IMG/VR virus record: IMGVR_UViG_3300019875_000006
Coordinates: 1 to 27,794 of that record
DNA: 27,794 bases
Reading direction: 5' to 3' (one strand)
From: a virus
Lineage: Duplodnaviria; Caudoviricetes
The notes under the pieces: generated by a model
What the model was told of the DNA's origin: nothing
What the model saw: only the letters and a program-made list of their open reading frames with translations
Database searches by the model: none
Translations under genes and position numbers: made by a program
In this document: positions 15,760 through 23,463 of the stretch, piece by piece
How the letters are laid out: each line of letters begins with the position of its first letter
How positions within the stretch are numbered: position 1 is the first letter of the stretch

Positions 15760-16469
15760 GTCGCATCCCCTGTCAACGCGCGGAGTTCAGACACCACAGC
15801 GGCAGGAACTTCCCGCCGCTGTTGCTCGGATAGCTTCAACCGGTCTAGAACGCGTTCCAGCATCGTGACGAATGTATCCCCCACTTGCTCGTACATCGAA
15901 ACAATACGCTCATTCACACCGGCATCTAGGGCCATCTTGCACACGTTCGCCAAATGCCGCCTTTCCTGCGCGTACATTTGGTACCAGATAGATGGAGCCG
16001 CTTTCATTTTGCCGACCACCTGAGCGGTAATGGTCTCCCCATCCTTACTCTGGATATCAGGCTCTATAACTTCCTCAGCCATTCCCCATACGAGTTCTCC
16101 AGTTTCGAGCCCCGAAATGATATGAGCTAGCCACGCAACATGACCGGCTGTTCGCTGGACTTCCTGAAGCAGCGCATCAGCGGGACCGATGTCCAGGGGA
16201 GTCCCGAGCGTCTGAACCGCACGCGTAGCGACTTCCATTTGAGCCGCTTTTACGCTACCGGGTGCGCTCCCGGCATGGAGCTTACATCCTCCCGTACCTG
16301 GATGGTTTGTACCCCATCCCTTCGGCTGATGGCACGCCCTAATGCGCCCTTCCGGTGTGTACGCGGTCTCTTGCCGTGCTGAGCGCTTCCGGTGGCAGTG
16401 CCGAATGTCCGTGCAACCCTCAATGTCCGGCGCGTCATCATCGAATGGGGTCACGTCATCAGTGGTCAT
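15756..16469 (-). CDS. Putative terminase small subunit (HGGxSTG-like zinc motif)
   Basis: C...C....GWGTNHPGTGGCKLHAGS followed by a helical region; no other TerS candidate seen in the window. Confidence 0.45.
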   Translation of the reverse strand: MTTDDVTPFDDDAPDIEGCTDIRHCHRKRSARQETAYTPEGRIRACHQPKGWGTNHPGTGGCKLHAGSAPGSVKAAQMEVATRAVQTLGTPLDIGPADALLQEVQRTAGHVAWLAHIISGLETGELVWGMAEEVIEPDIQSKDGETITAQVVGKMKAAPSIWYQMYAQERRHLANVCKMALDAGVNERIVSMYEQVGDTFVTMLERVLDRLKLSEQQRREVPAAVVSELRALTGDAT

Positions 16470-17008
16470 GGGATCCGCCGGAGTTCCTCATGGTTCAACA
16501 TCGGGAGTTCACAAAGCGCATTTGAGAGATCTTCAGCGGTCACAGAGTCGAGTACGTGACTCATCCTGGTTTCATACTCGTCTTGTTTCATCCGTCCAGC
16601 GGAGAAATGGATCGTCAGCTCTGCGAGCACCTGATCCCGTTCCACGTCCCCTATCCGCTCCTTACCCGGTCGTGCGTCCGAGCGTGGGAAGGTCCTGAAC
16701 GTGGCTGAGTGCCGCTGTGGCGGGCTCTCAGGCTCCGGCCGGTGTGCCAGTGCATACCAGCGCAGTGACGCGTAAATCGTCCACGTAGCCATACCTACAG
16801 GAAATATCAGGGGAATCGGTACTGTAATCGTGCCGATAAACACAGTAAGAACCAGCATGGCTAGCCAGAACTTAACCGGCCGCTTACGATGCCCTGTTCC
16901 GTACTGGCTCACGTACTGCCGTAGCATGTCCCCGAAAACGGCACGTTCATAGTGCTTTCGATCGTGTGAAGTATGTGACCATTCATCGCGTATACGTGCA
17001 CCCATCAT
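16466..17008 (-). CDS. Membrane protein with C-terminal DUF1707 (SHOCT-like) domain
   Basis: TM segment FWLAMLVLTVFIGTITVPIPLIFPVGMATWTIY; RIGDVERDQVLAELTIHFSAGRMKQDEYETRM...DL...LCELP. Start moved from 17107 because of the upstream micro-ORF. Confidence 0.8.
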   Translation of the reverse strand: MMGARIRDEWSHTSHDRKHYERAVFGDMLRQYVSQYGTGHRKRPVKFWLAMLVLTVFIGTITVPIPLIFPVGMATWTIYASLRWYALAHRPEPESPPQRHSATFRTFPRSDARPGKERIGDVERDQVLAELTIHFSAGRMKQDEYETRMSHVLDSVTAEDLSNALCELPMLNHEELRRIP

Positions 17009-17009
17009 C

Positions 17010-17153
17010 TCACCTGTCATGTGTGGTGGAACTTTCAGGCTGTTCAGTTGATCCTGAACCATTTGAGCCCATGCTGTTTCTATGTTGGCAGTCACACCAC
17101 GATCCACCTTTGCATTCCCAGTGCCTTTTATCTCGGCACTTCTGACAGGTCAA
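17010..17153 (-). CDS. Cys-rich 47-aa microprotein (not in ORF track)
   Basis: TTG start 1 nt after the upstream stop; MTCQKCRDKRHWECKGGSWCDCQHRNSMG...HDR*. Confidence 0.7.
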   Translation of the reverse strand: MTCQKCRDKRHWECKGGSWCDCQHRNSMGSNGSGSTEQPESSTTHDR

Positions 17154-17154
17154 T

Positions 17155-17712
17155 TTATTCCCACTCTTTACGCATCATGAAACGATCCCAATGGCCGGGT
17201 GTCGTCATTCGAGTCATGGACTTACCGCCTGGATTTGACAGCTCTACTTGCTCATACGCCCAATCCGCGAATGAAGAACAGACGACGTGTGCCGGAACTT
17301 CCGCATCTTTCCACTCCGCGATACGGGGAACGACTTCCCAGAGCCGGAGAGCCTCTCTGGTGTGTTCCGCTATGGCTGCCCAGTCATAAGGTGTCGCGAA
17401 TAGAGATTCGGCGGCTACCGCGATCAGATACCGTTGATCTTCAGTCTTAGGCTGAAGATTATTCGCATTCGTCAAAGTCCCCTTTAGCGGCATCGTAAGG
17501 TCCCGCCATCCCACACCCCCGGGACGTCCTTCAATTCCCCACATAACACCTTGCTCGTCTTGATGGTGCACGATAATTGCATGATTGACGTATGAAGGAA
17601 GTCCCATAAGTTTGGCCCCGAGTCGGATAGCACCGGACACGTACCATGATCCTTCACGCGTCACCAAGATATCTCCGATACCGATAACGATATCTGTACT
17701 GTACCTAGGCAT
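17155..17712 (-). CDS. Permuted papain-like (YaeF/YiiX-type NlpC/P60) amidase/peptidase
   Basis: GDILV, NHAIIV (His), PYD and C-terminal VVCSSFADWAY (Cys after His, i.e. permuted order), TTPG; ATG 17712 after SD GGAAGGGA. Confidence 0.75.
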   Translation of the reverse strand: MPRYSTDIVIGIGDILVTREGSWYVSGAIRLGAKLMGLPSYVNHAIIVHHQDEQGVMWGIEGRPGGVGWRDLTMPLKGTLTNANNLQPKTEDQRYLIAVAAESLFATPYDWAAIAEHTREALRLWEVVPRIAEWKDAEVPAHVVCSSFADWAYEQVELSNPGGKSMTRMTTPGHWDRFMMRKEWE

Positions 17713-17908
17713 TTGGCAATTCCCTTCCAATCAGAATGTATCTCGCGAATTCATCTGCCGTATCGAGCACGTTTGATTTCGCGTACAGGTCCCCTCTCCC
17801 GGCATGGAAGGCCACAGCGGGAGCTAGCGCACGAGCACGCATCCACCGGTCTCTGTGCTGAGCTAGGGTCTGATCCATATCCGGAGATAGTTTCAAGTTG
17901 TGTTCCAT
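17705..17908 (-). CDS. Hypothetical protein (67 aa)
   Basis: SD GAGGA; 8-nt overlap with the next gene; VLDTADEFARYI tail. Confidence 0.7.
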   Translation of the reverse strand: MEHNLKLSPDMDQTLAQHRDRWMRARALAPAVAFHAGRGDLYAKSNVLDTADEFARYILIGRELPNA

Positions 17909-17921
17909 CGTCCTCTACCCT

Positions 17922-17950
17922 TTGACGTAGCGTCACGCATGCTCCATACT
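17922..17950 (+). promoter_or_regulatory. Promoter TTGACG-N17-CATACT with operator TGAC-GTAGC-GTCA (17923-17935); leaderless HTH transcript
   Basis: The -10 ends 7 nt before ATG 17958; no SD. Confidence 0.72.
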
Positions 17951-17957
17951 GGCTTAT

Positions 17958-18218
17958 ATGGCAATGACGAACAAGGCGTTCGCCGGACGAGTGGGAGTCA
18001 CAGACTCGTACGCGTCGTATCTCCGGAACGGGCAACGGTTGCCGTCCGGTGATCTTCTGGTGAAGATAATTCGTACATTCAGCCTTGACCCGAATTCTGC
18101 CATGAATGCGTATCAGGAAGGCGCGGACGCTTTCGGTAAGTTCCTGAGCGACTCGATTTTCAGTGCTGAGCCATCCCCCACTGAGAACGCGTCCATGGGA
18201 GCATCCCCCACAACCTGA
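17958..18218 (+). CDS. XRE/Cro-like HTH regulator
   Basis: MTNKAFAGRVGVTDSYASYLRNGQRLPS HTH signature. Confidence 0.85.
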   Translation: MAMTNKAFAGRVGVTDSYASYLRNGQRLPSGDLLVKIIRTFSLDPNSAMNAYQEGADAFGKFLSDSIFSAEPSPTENASMGASPTT

Positions 18219-18232
18219 AGCGTTCAGCCACA

Positions 18233-18273
18233 CGAGAGCCCGGCCACCCTTCCCCGAGTGAGCCGGGCTCTCG
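18233..18273. terminator. Hairpin between convergent genes (bidirectional terminator candidate)
   Basis: 12-bp CGAGAGCCCGGC / GCCGGGCTCTCG inverted repeat. Confidence 0.7.
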
Positions 18274-18289
18274 CATATCTGGATACGTG

Positions 18290-18598
18290 TCATGATACTG
18301 AGTGTGATTTCCAACCACGTGATGACATAATCCGCGCCTTACGCTGAACCATGTCATCAAGATCTATGCTAAGAACTTGTGCGGCCATATACGCTGTGAT
18401 AACGACGTCCGCAAGTTCCTTAGCCATTTCGTCATGTGTGCCGGTTTGCCGAGAAGTTCCGGAGTACTTGTTATAAGCACCTACAAATTCCCCTGATTCT
18501 TCCGCGACTCCGGTAACAAATCGCCAATCAGGCTGATCCGGAAATGCGACCTTGATTTGTGTGACTAGTATCGCACCCAAATCAGATAGAGTACTCAT
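18290..18598 (-). CDS. mazG: MazG-like nucleotide pyrophosphohydrolase
   Basis: VAEESGEF ... KELADVVI metal-binding motif. Confidence 0.85.
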   Translation of the reverse strand: MSTLSDLGAILVTQIKVAFPDQPDWRFVTGVAEESGEFVGAYNKYSGTSRQTGTHDEMAKELADVVITAYMAAQVLSIDLDDMVQRKARIMSSRGWKSHSVS

Positions 18599-18912
18599 TT
18601 AACCGATTGCCCTTTCTTTGGGGAAACTGCTCCACCTGAGACCTTGATCAGTGATCGGTAAAGCGAAGTCTGTGTGATCCAATGACGCGGACTCTGTGCC
18701 AGTAGAGCCAAAACGTCCTTTACACTTCCATCCCCGGTAATGGCACCTTCATTCTTTGCGGCTTCCACGATGGATATGAGCCCAGTCGAGTTATCGTAAA
18801 GCCATCTTGCCGCAAGGGTCGCGTGATCCTTGGACATATCGGCTACCTTGGTTTCTGTGCCTTTAATGGTGTACCAGATATCGCCCTGATTAAGATACGC
18901 GGTTACATCCAT
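18595..18912 (-). CDS. Hypothetical protein (105 aa)
   Basis: Coupled to neighbours; W....G....VADM...H.....RWL pattern. Confidence 0.7.
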   Translation of the reverse strand: MDVTAYLNQGDIWYTIKGTETKVADMSKDHATLAARWLYDNSTGLISIVEAAKNEGAITGDGSVKDVLALLAQSPRHWITQTSLYRSLIKVSGGAVSPKKGQSVK

Positions 18913-19187
18913 GGCGGTTTACCGTTTCCAAAGAAGCGACAGAGGATGTCGTTAGCATCCTCCGAATTTACCGGATACACATTGAATGTTTTGAATGCCT
19001 CCATGACATCCGGTGGCACATCGTATTGCATCTCGCACCCGAGAGCGCTAATGCTGACTTCTATCGGTGCCTCTCCTGATCCTGGTTTAGGGCACGCCTG
19101 TTGCAACCCGATACCGTGGTAACACATGGCGACTGTAGCTGTTTCATTTTCCATCAAGCCGTTTATTTGCTCGTCTGTCATTCGCAT
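18903..19187 (-). CDS. Hypothetical protein (94 aa)
   Basis: Start reassigned to ATG 19187 after SD AAAGGGGA. Confidence 0.65.
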   Translation of the reverse strand: MRMTDEQINGLMENETATVAMCYHGIGLQQACPKPGSGEAPIEVSISALGCEMQYDVPPDVMEAFKTFNVYPVNSEDANDILCRFFGNGKPPWM

Positions 19188-19198
19188 TTTGGTCCCCT

Positions 19199-19711
19199 TT
19201 ACGCGACGCTGGACGGGACACACATAAGGTGAGACGGTACGCGCACCGGTTCCCGAGCGATCATCTCCCGTATGGTCTTGATGGACGGAACCGCTTGCCA
19301 CATAGCTTGACCGCTCTCTGTGGTAACAAGGGAGGTCTTAACGTACATCTTACCGAGTAGCCATGTGAGCCTCTCACGCTCACTCTCAGGGCTCGACATG
19401 CGCCACGTGATATGAAACCGGCAACCCAGTGCGGGACTGCCGTACACCGCGTTTATACCTGGATTGCGACCGATCAGAACACGGATATACGGGACGGTTC
19501 CGCCGTACAGACGACACCGGCGACCGGTACGCGGCATGCCATCATCGTGTCCCCATCCATGATCCTGAGCCATCTCGATAAGACTCCGAGCACCTTCAGG
19601 ATAGGGGAGCCACAATACGCCATTGGAAATCATCGCGGTTTCCCCGATGATTCTCACATCCCCCGGTGTGCCTTCTAGTGGCACATCCTCTATTCGTGCA
19701 TTCTTCCTCAT
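19199..19711 (-). CDS. Hypothetical protein (170 aa)
   Basis: First ORF after the 19761-19790 promoter. Confidence 0.65.
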   Translation of the reverse strand: MRKNARIEDVPLEGTPGDVRIIGETAMISNGVLWLPYPEGARSLIEMAQDHGWGHDDGMPRTGRRCRLYGGTVPYIRVLIGRNPGINAVYGSPALGCRFHITWRMSSPESERERLTWLLGKMYVKTSLVTTESGQAMWQAVPSIKTIREMIAREPVRVPSHLMCVPSSVA

Positions 19712-19760
19712 GCTTTATACCTAGACCCTTTCATATCGGGGCTTCCTCCACCTGAGGTCA

Positions 19761-19790
19761 AGTGTCCACGATGGTGTGACCCGTGGTCAA
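19761..19790 (-). promoter_or_regulatory. Promoter TTGACC-N18-GACACT with operator TGAC-CACGG-GTCA (19777-19789)
   Basis: Read on the minus strand; the TGA in the -35 box is also the rusA stop codon. Confidence 0.6.
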
Positions 19791-20287
19791 GTTATGACCT
19801 TGAAGATTTCTATTACGCATCCAGGTTCATTAAGCGCCGGAGTTCCGTCAGCATGGAATCCGTTCACGTACGCCTTACTGGTAATCAAACTGATAATGAG
19901 ACCGTCATCTTTCCATACTCCTGAGTCTGTCAAAGCATCATGCGTAGGCTTCACCAGGTTATCCACGTCCGGCCGTACACTGGGAAACGGTCGTCTCTTA
20001 ACGCTCACAGATATTGGTCTAGGTAGCGAGAACAGAAGTCGAACCACGAGCGGCATATCCAATACCGGCCGGATAATTGCCCTACCATTTGGCCGGGCAG
20101 CATTCCGAACCGAACGACGCCACAGCGGTGTAAGCGCATTTTTGTCTGTGACGGCAACCTTACCCGTGAACTCTCTGGTTCCATTCTTACGGCTCCCTCT
20201 ATAGATCGGGAAAGCTGCTTTACCTCCCGGTGCTTCTGGGTTATCTCGTATAGTGATCCTAGTAACGAACTCTGTAATGGGTCTCAC
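19787..20287 (-). CDS. rusA: RusA-like Holliday junction resolvase
   Basis: RPDVDNLVKPTHDALTDSGVWKDDGLI catalytic motif. Confidence 0.9.
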   Translation of the reverse strand: MRPITEFVTRITIRDNPEAPGGKAAFPIYRGSRKNGTREFTGKVAVTDKNALTPLWRRSVRNAARPNGRAIIRPVLDMPLVVRLLFSLPRPISVSVKRRPFPSVRPDVDNLVKPTHDALTDSGVWKDDGLIISLITSKAYVNGFHADGTPALNEPGCVIEIFKVIT

Positions 20288-20324
20288 TTTATGACCTCAA
20301 TCCTTGTTGATCTTGTCCCCGCTG

Positions 20325-20617
20325 GTTAGCCGAATCGGACCGTGTCCCTCGTGGCTCCACACCCCGTAGGGGTGGGCCACGGGACACGTTCGGCTAACGT
20401 GTCCGGGACACGGTCGGACACGGTCGGACACGTTGCGATATTCGATTACGCTCAGTTGAAAATGCCTTACTGACGTGGGCTTTTACATCCCATGATCGTC
20501 GGGACACAGATCTTTTAGTCCACCGGCGAACGTGTCCCAAGATCAGGGACACGGTGGGACACGATAGCTTTGATCTTGTATAATCCCTGGTGAACAGCCC
20601 TTTTGTTACAGGGACAC
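20325..20617. repeat. GGACAC iteron-like repeat cluster with a long inverted repeat; putative replication origin
   Basis: 11 GGACAC copies (8 on +, 3 on -), including 10-bp-period tandems at 20406/20416/20426 and 20547/20557; non-coding and directly 3' of the primase-helicase. Confidence 0.7.
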
Positions 20618-20651
20618 CATGACCGATTACAGCCTTAACGATCATCTCCGG

Positions 20652-22964
20652 TCACCCCTGGTCCGGCTCGTACATCTTGACGAGTTTGTGGATATTTGAT
20701 CTCCCGATTCGCTCCCGAGACACGCACCCGTTTTGAATCAGGATTTCCACAGCAGTATCTATGTCGGCTCCCCTACCTCCCATGATGTCCCTTATTTGCC
20801 GTAGTGGCATACCGTTATCCATCCCGGTAAGCACCTCGCATACTCGCCGCATACGGGTCTCCATTGACCGGGTAGGTATTAGTTTGCCTTCATCGTCATT
20901 TGAGAATCCACCGTCAAAAGCGTCAGCGAGTACGTGGCTGGTTTCACCTGGAAGCCACTCATCCTCAGTCTTGAGCCCGGTTCGCTGGATGCGCAGAAAG
21001 TCAGGTCCGAGCCCGGTACGGGTATGCGTGCGCTTCAATCGCATCAGTGTAATAACCTCGATATTGTTGCCCTTAGTTCGCTCGTCTGTTTCCTCCTTTG
21101 ACAGCTCCCATACGTGATCCACATCCTGATTTTTAGCGCTGGAACCTCTCCCGCCTTTCTCCGCATCTTTGCCGAAATGGTCAAGGCGAATGCTTGCGAT
21201 TCCACGCGCCTTCAGTCGCCGGTGGAGTACCCGATACAGGGCAAGCCACGTGTCCGAGTCGTTTTCTTTGCCGACTATGAAGCGGCTTACCGTGTCGAGT
21301 ATGACCACGTCTGGCTCATACTGGTTGACTAGCGTTATCACTTGCCGTGCTCCGTCGTCGCTATCCAGCGGCTTAAACGGCGGGAAACTCAGGTAGATCA
21401 GTTTCCCTTTCAGCATGTCCGCTGTTCCCCCGAGCGAGCGAATGCGCATGATCAGATCTTTACGGCTGTTCTCGGCATCCAGATACATAATGGTAATTGG
21501 GTCCGTCGTGTTCTCCGTCAGGAAGGCGTGACCCTGAAGCGCCTTGATGCACCATTCTGCCATGAACAGTGACTTACCGCTCTTACCATCCCCGATCAGA
21601 GCAGCCTGTTGACCGCGCTCCAATAGTTGCGCGGGTAGGTGGTCAGCCCGTTGGAAGTCTTCCCCGAAAAGATCATCCCAATCTATCGGCGCGAATAGAT
21701 CGTCATTGGTGACGTCCTTTATTTGACCGTTTGCCCCGTGCTCCGGGGCTCCGTCTTTTGGGTCTATCTTCCCGAGACTGAATAGTTCATCACCATTTTT
21801 GCTCATGGCATCGATACCAAGAGACCGCATGGCGGAACCCATATCTCCGTTGTGATGGAAGTTAGCCACATATGAGAGCTTGCTCATGGTGCCGGAGCCG
21901 AGAGCATCAGACCATATGCGCAATGGTCCGTGACCCTTGGATGTGTCGTACTTGGTACACCCGATTTCATGCGCGGTTACGGACTTGTCATGAGCAGGAG
22001 AGCCCGGCCGTGTGAATGTAGGGCACCCACAATTGTCATGATCGCATGGCGTGAATCCATCCCCTGTCAGGATCTCATTCCAGTCCGTTTGCACACTCCA
22101 TCTGTCGATGGGATCGTCTGGAAGATCCAAAGCGCTCAGAGCCCCTGAGCCGTTCTGTTCGGCGCGCTCTGTCCGGGCATCCCGGATCAGGTCCGTCAGC
22201 CACGTAGGCGCAGCATGGACGCTCCCTGTCAGCCGGTACGAGCCTTCCGGCCGGAAGGATGGGGGAGTGAGCACATAGCCGGAGCCGTAGTACGCCACCC
22301 AAGCATTCCGGCAGCCTCCTTTAGGCTGCCGCACCTGGTGACACCGGCACCATGTGAGCTTTCCTGGTGACTCGGGAAGCTCCACATCTTCCGGGACATC
22401 GAACCAGTAATGACCCCCGTTCTTGTGGACCCATACCGGAGAACCATCAACAGATGCGTTCATGGTTCCAGGTGAGGTCACGGTAAGTGGTAGCGCTCCG
22501 GTGCCTTCACTGTGCCATTGTGTTGAGAGAGTATCGTCTCCCAGATCTTCCCAGTCTCCCAGGAATGCGCGCTTTTCTTCCGCTGTGTCCACGTCAACGA
22601 TAATGACGCGCCTGTCTCCGGCTCCCGGTGCGACTGCCAGATTTGCACCTTCCGAAAGAAGAGACTTCACTCGGGTACGCGTAAGGAGTTTCTCATCAGT
22701 GATCGCGTGCTTGATGCCGCAATCATGACGAACCTTGTCCCAATTAGGGGAGCCCGATTCTTTGGCTGCATTTTGCGCCGCTGTATCTGCCGCTTTTTTG
22801 TCGCGACTATTGAGCGTACAAACAGCACGCTTACCGTTCGGTTCGATGATGACCACGGCTAGACCTTCACGAATCAGAGCCTTAGCCACTTTCGCATTCC
22901 ACGACACATCTCCATCGGGAACAGCCCCGACGATTCTACCGAGCCAATCGATTTTCCCAATCAT
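20652..22964 (-). CDS. Bifunctional primase-polymerase fused to a RecA-family (AAA_25-like) helicase
   Basis: IVDVD, GGHYWF and GYVLTPPS (prim-pol); GDGKSGKS Walker A, YLDAEN, VILDT Walker B, DH.GK, RGSSA; C-terminal wHTH-like segment. Confidence 0.88.
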   Translation of the reverse strand: MIGKIDWLGRIVGAVPDGDVSWNAKVAKALIREGLAVVIIEPNGKRAVCTLNSRDKKAADTAAQNAAKESGSPNWDKVRHDCGIKHAITDEKLLTRTRVKSLLSEGANLAVAPGAGDRRVIIVDVDTAEEKRAFLGDWEDLGDDTLSTQWHSEGTGALPLTVTSPGTMNASVDGSPVWVHKNGGHYWFDVPEDVELPESPGKLTWCRCHQVRQPKGGCRNAWVAYYGSGYVLTPPSFRPEGSYRLTGSVHAAPTWLTDLIRDARTERAEQNGSGALSALDLPDDPIDRWSVQTDWNEILTGDGFTPCDHDNCGCPTFTRPGSPAHDKSVTAHEIGCTKYDTSKGHGPLRIWSDALGSGTMSKLSYVANFHHNGDMGSAMRSLGIDAMSKNGDELFSLGKIDPKDGAPEHGANGQIKDVTNDDLFAPIDWDDLFGEDFQRADHLPAQLLERGQQAALIGDGKSGKSLFMAEWCIKALQGHAFLTENTTDPITIMYLDAENSRKDLIMRIRSLGGTADMLKGKLIYLSFPPFKPLDSDDGARQVITLVNQYEPDVVILDTVSRFIVGKENDSDTWLALYRVLHRRLKARGIASIRLDHFGKDAEKGGRGSSAKNQDVDHVWELSKEETDERTKGNNIEVITLMRLKRTHTRTGLGPDFLRIQRTGLKTEDEWLPGETSHVLADAFDGGFSNDDEGKLIPTRSMETRMRRVCEVLTGMDNGMPLRQIRDIMGGRGADIDTAVEILIQNGCVSRERIGRSNIHKLVKMYEPDQG

Positions 22965-23269
22965 CGCGGCGTATCCTCCTTTGCGTGTGGAGCCATGATG
23001 AGTTCCCCGAGTCGAGTAGCGATAAGAACGTGCGGCATGAGACGCCGGTCTGTCCAGAATGGAACGATGACAGCACCAAGTGTCAGCTTATCCATATGAT
23101 ATAGCCAGTCAATTCTATCGCTAGAATACCATACCGGATCATCGGAATTATCTCGGTATTCTGCCGCTCGAATACATGACCAGTCCGGTACCGTAGGATA
23201 TTCCGTCTCTTTATCTTTTCCATCTAGTGGTCCACCTATAAACCACTGTGGGTACACTTGCATATTCAT
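22961..23269 (-). CDS. Hypothetical protein (102 aa)
   Basis: FIGGPLDG motif common in small phage proteins; ATGA overlaps on both sides. Confidence 0.7.
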   Translation of the reverse strand: MNMQVYPQWFIGGPLDGKDKETEYPTVPDWSCIRAAEYRDNSDDPVWYSSDRIDWLYHMDKLTLGAVIVPFWTDRRLMPHVLIATRLGELIMAPHAKEDTPR

Positions 23270-23463
23270 ACTCCATTGGGAATGAGCCCCTGAGACGTTT
23301 CGATTTCGATATTGTCGAGTAGATCCAGGGGACTAAGGGTCTCGTGTGCGTACATGAAATGGAACATCAGATCCAGAAGTGCCGTATCCGGAGTAAGATA
23401 GTGGACATGCACTATCCTCCCACACTCCGGACACGCGATATTTGACGCATCGATTTCCTCCAT
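23266..23463 (-). CDS. Small C2H2-like zinc-binding protein (65 aa)
   Basis: CPECG ... HFMYAH; TAATG-coupled to the polymerase stop. Confidence 0.65.
   Translation of the reverse strand: MEEIDASNIACPECGRIVHVHYLTPDTALLDLMFHFMYAHETLSPLDLLDNIEIETSQGLIPNGV

Noticed and set aside
17143-17153. TGAC-AG-GTCA as a fifth operator / TTGACC promoter
   Set aside because: The spacer is 2 nt rather than 5, and the TTG is better explained as the start of the Cys-rich micro-ORF.
20340-20620. Possible CRISPR or mini-array
   Set aside because: Repeats are only 6-10 bp, occur in both orientations, are irregularly spaced and have no spacer structure or cas genes.
20394-20645. 83-aa ORF over the repeat region
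   Set aside because: Its translation mirrors the GGACAC repeats; the region is better explained as non-coding origin DNA.
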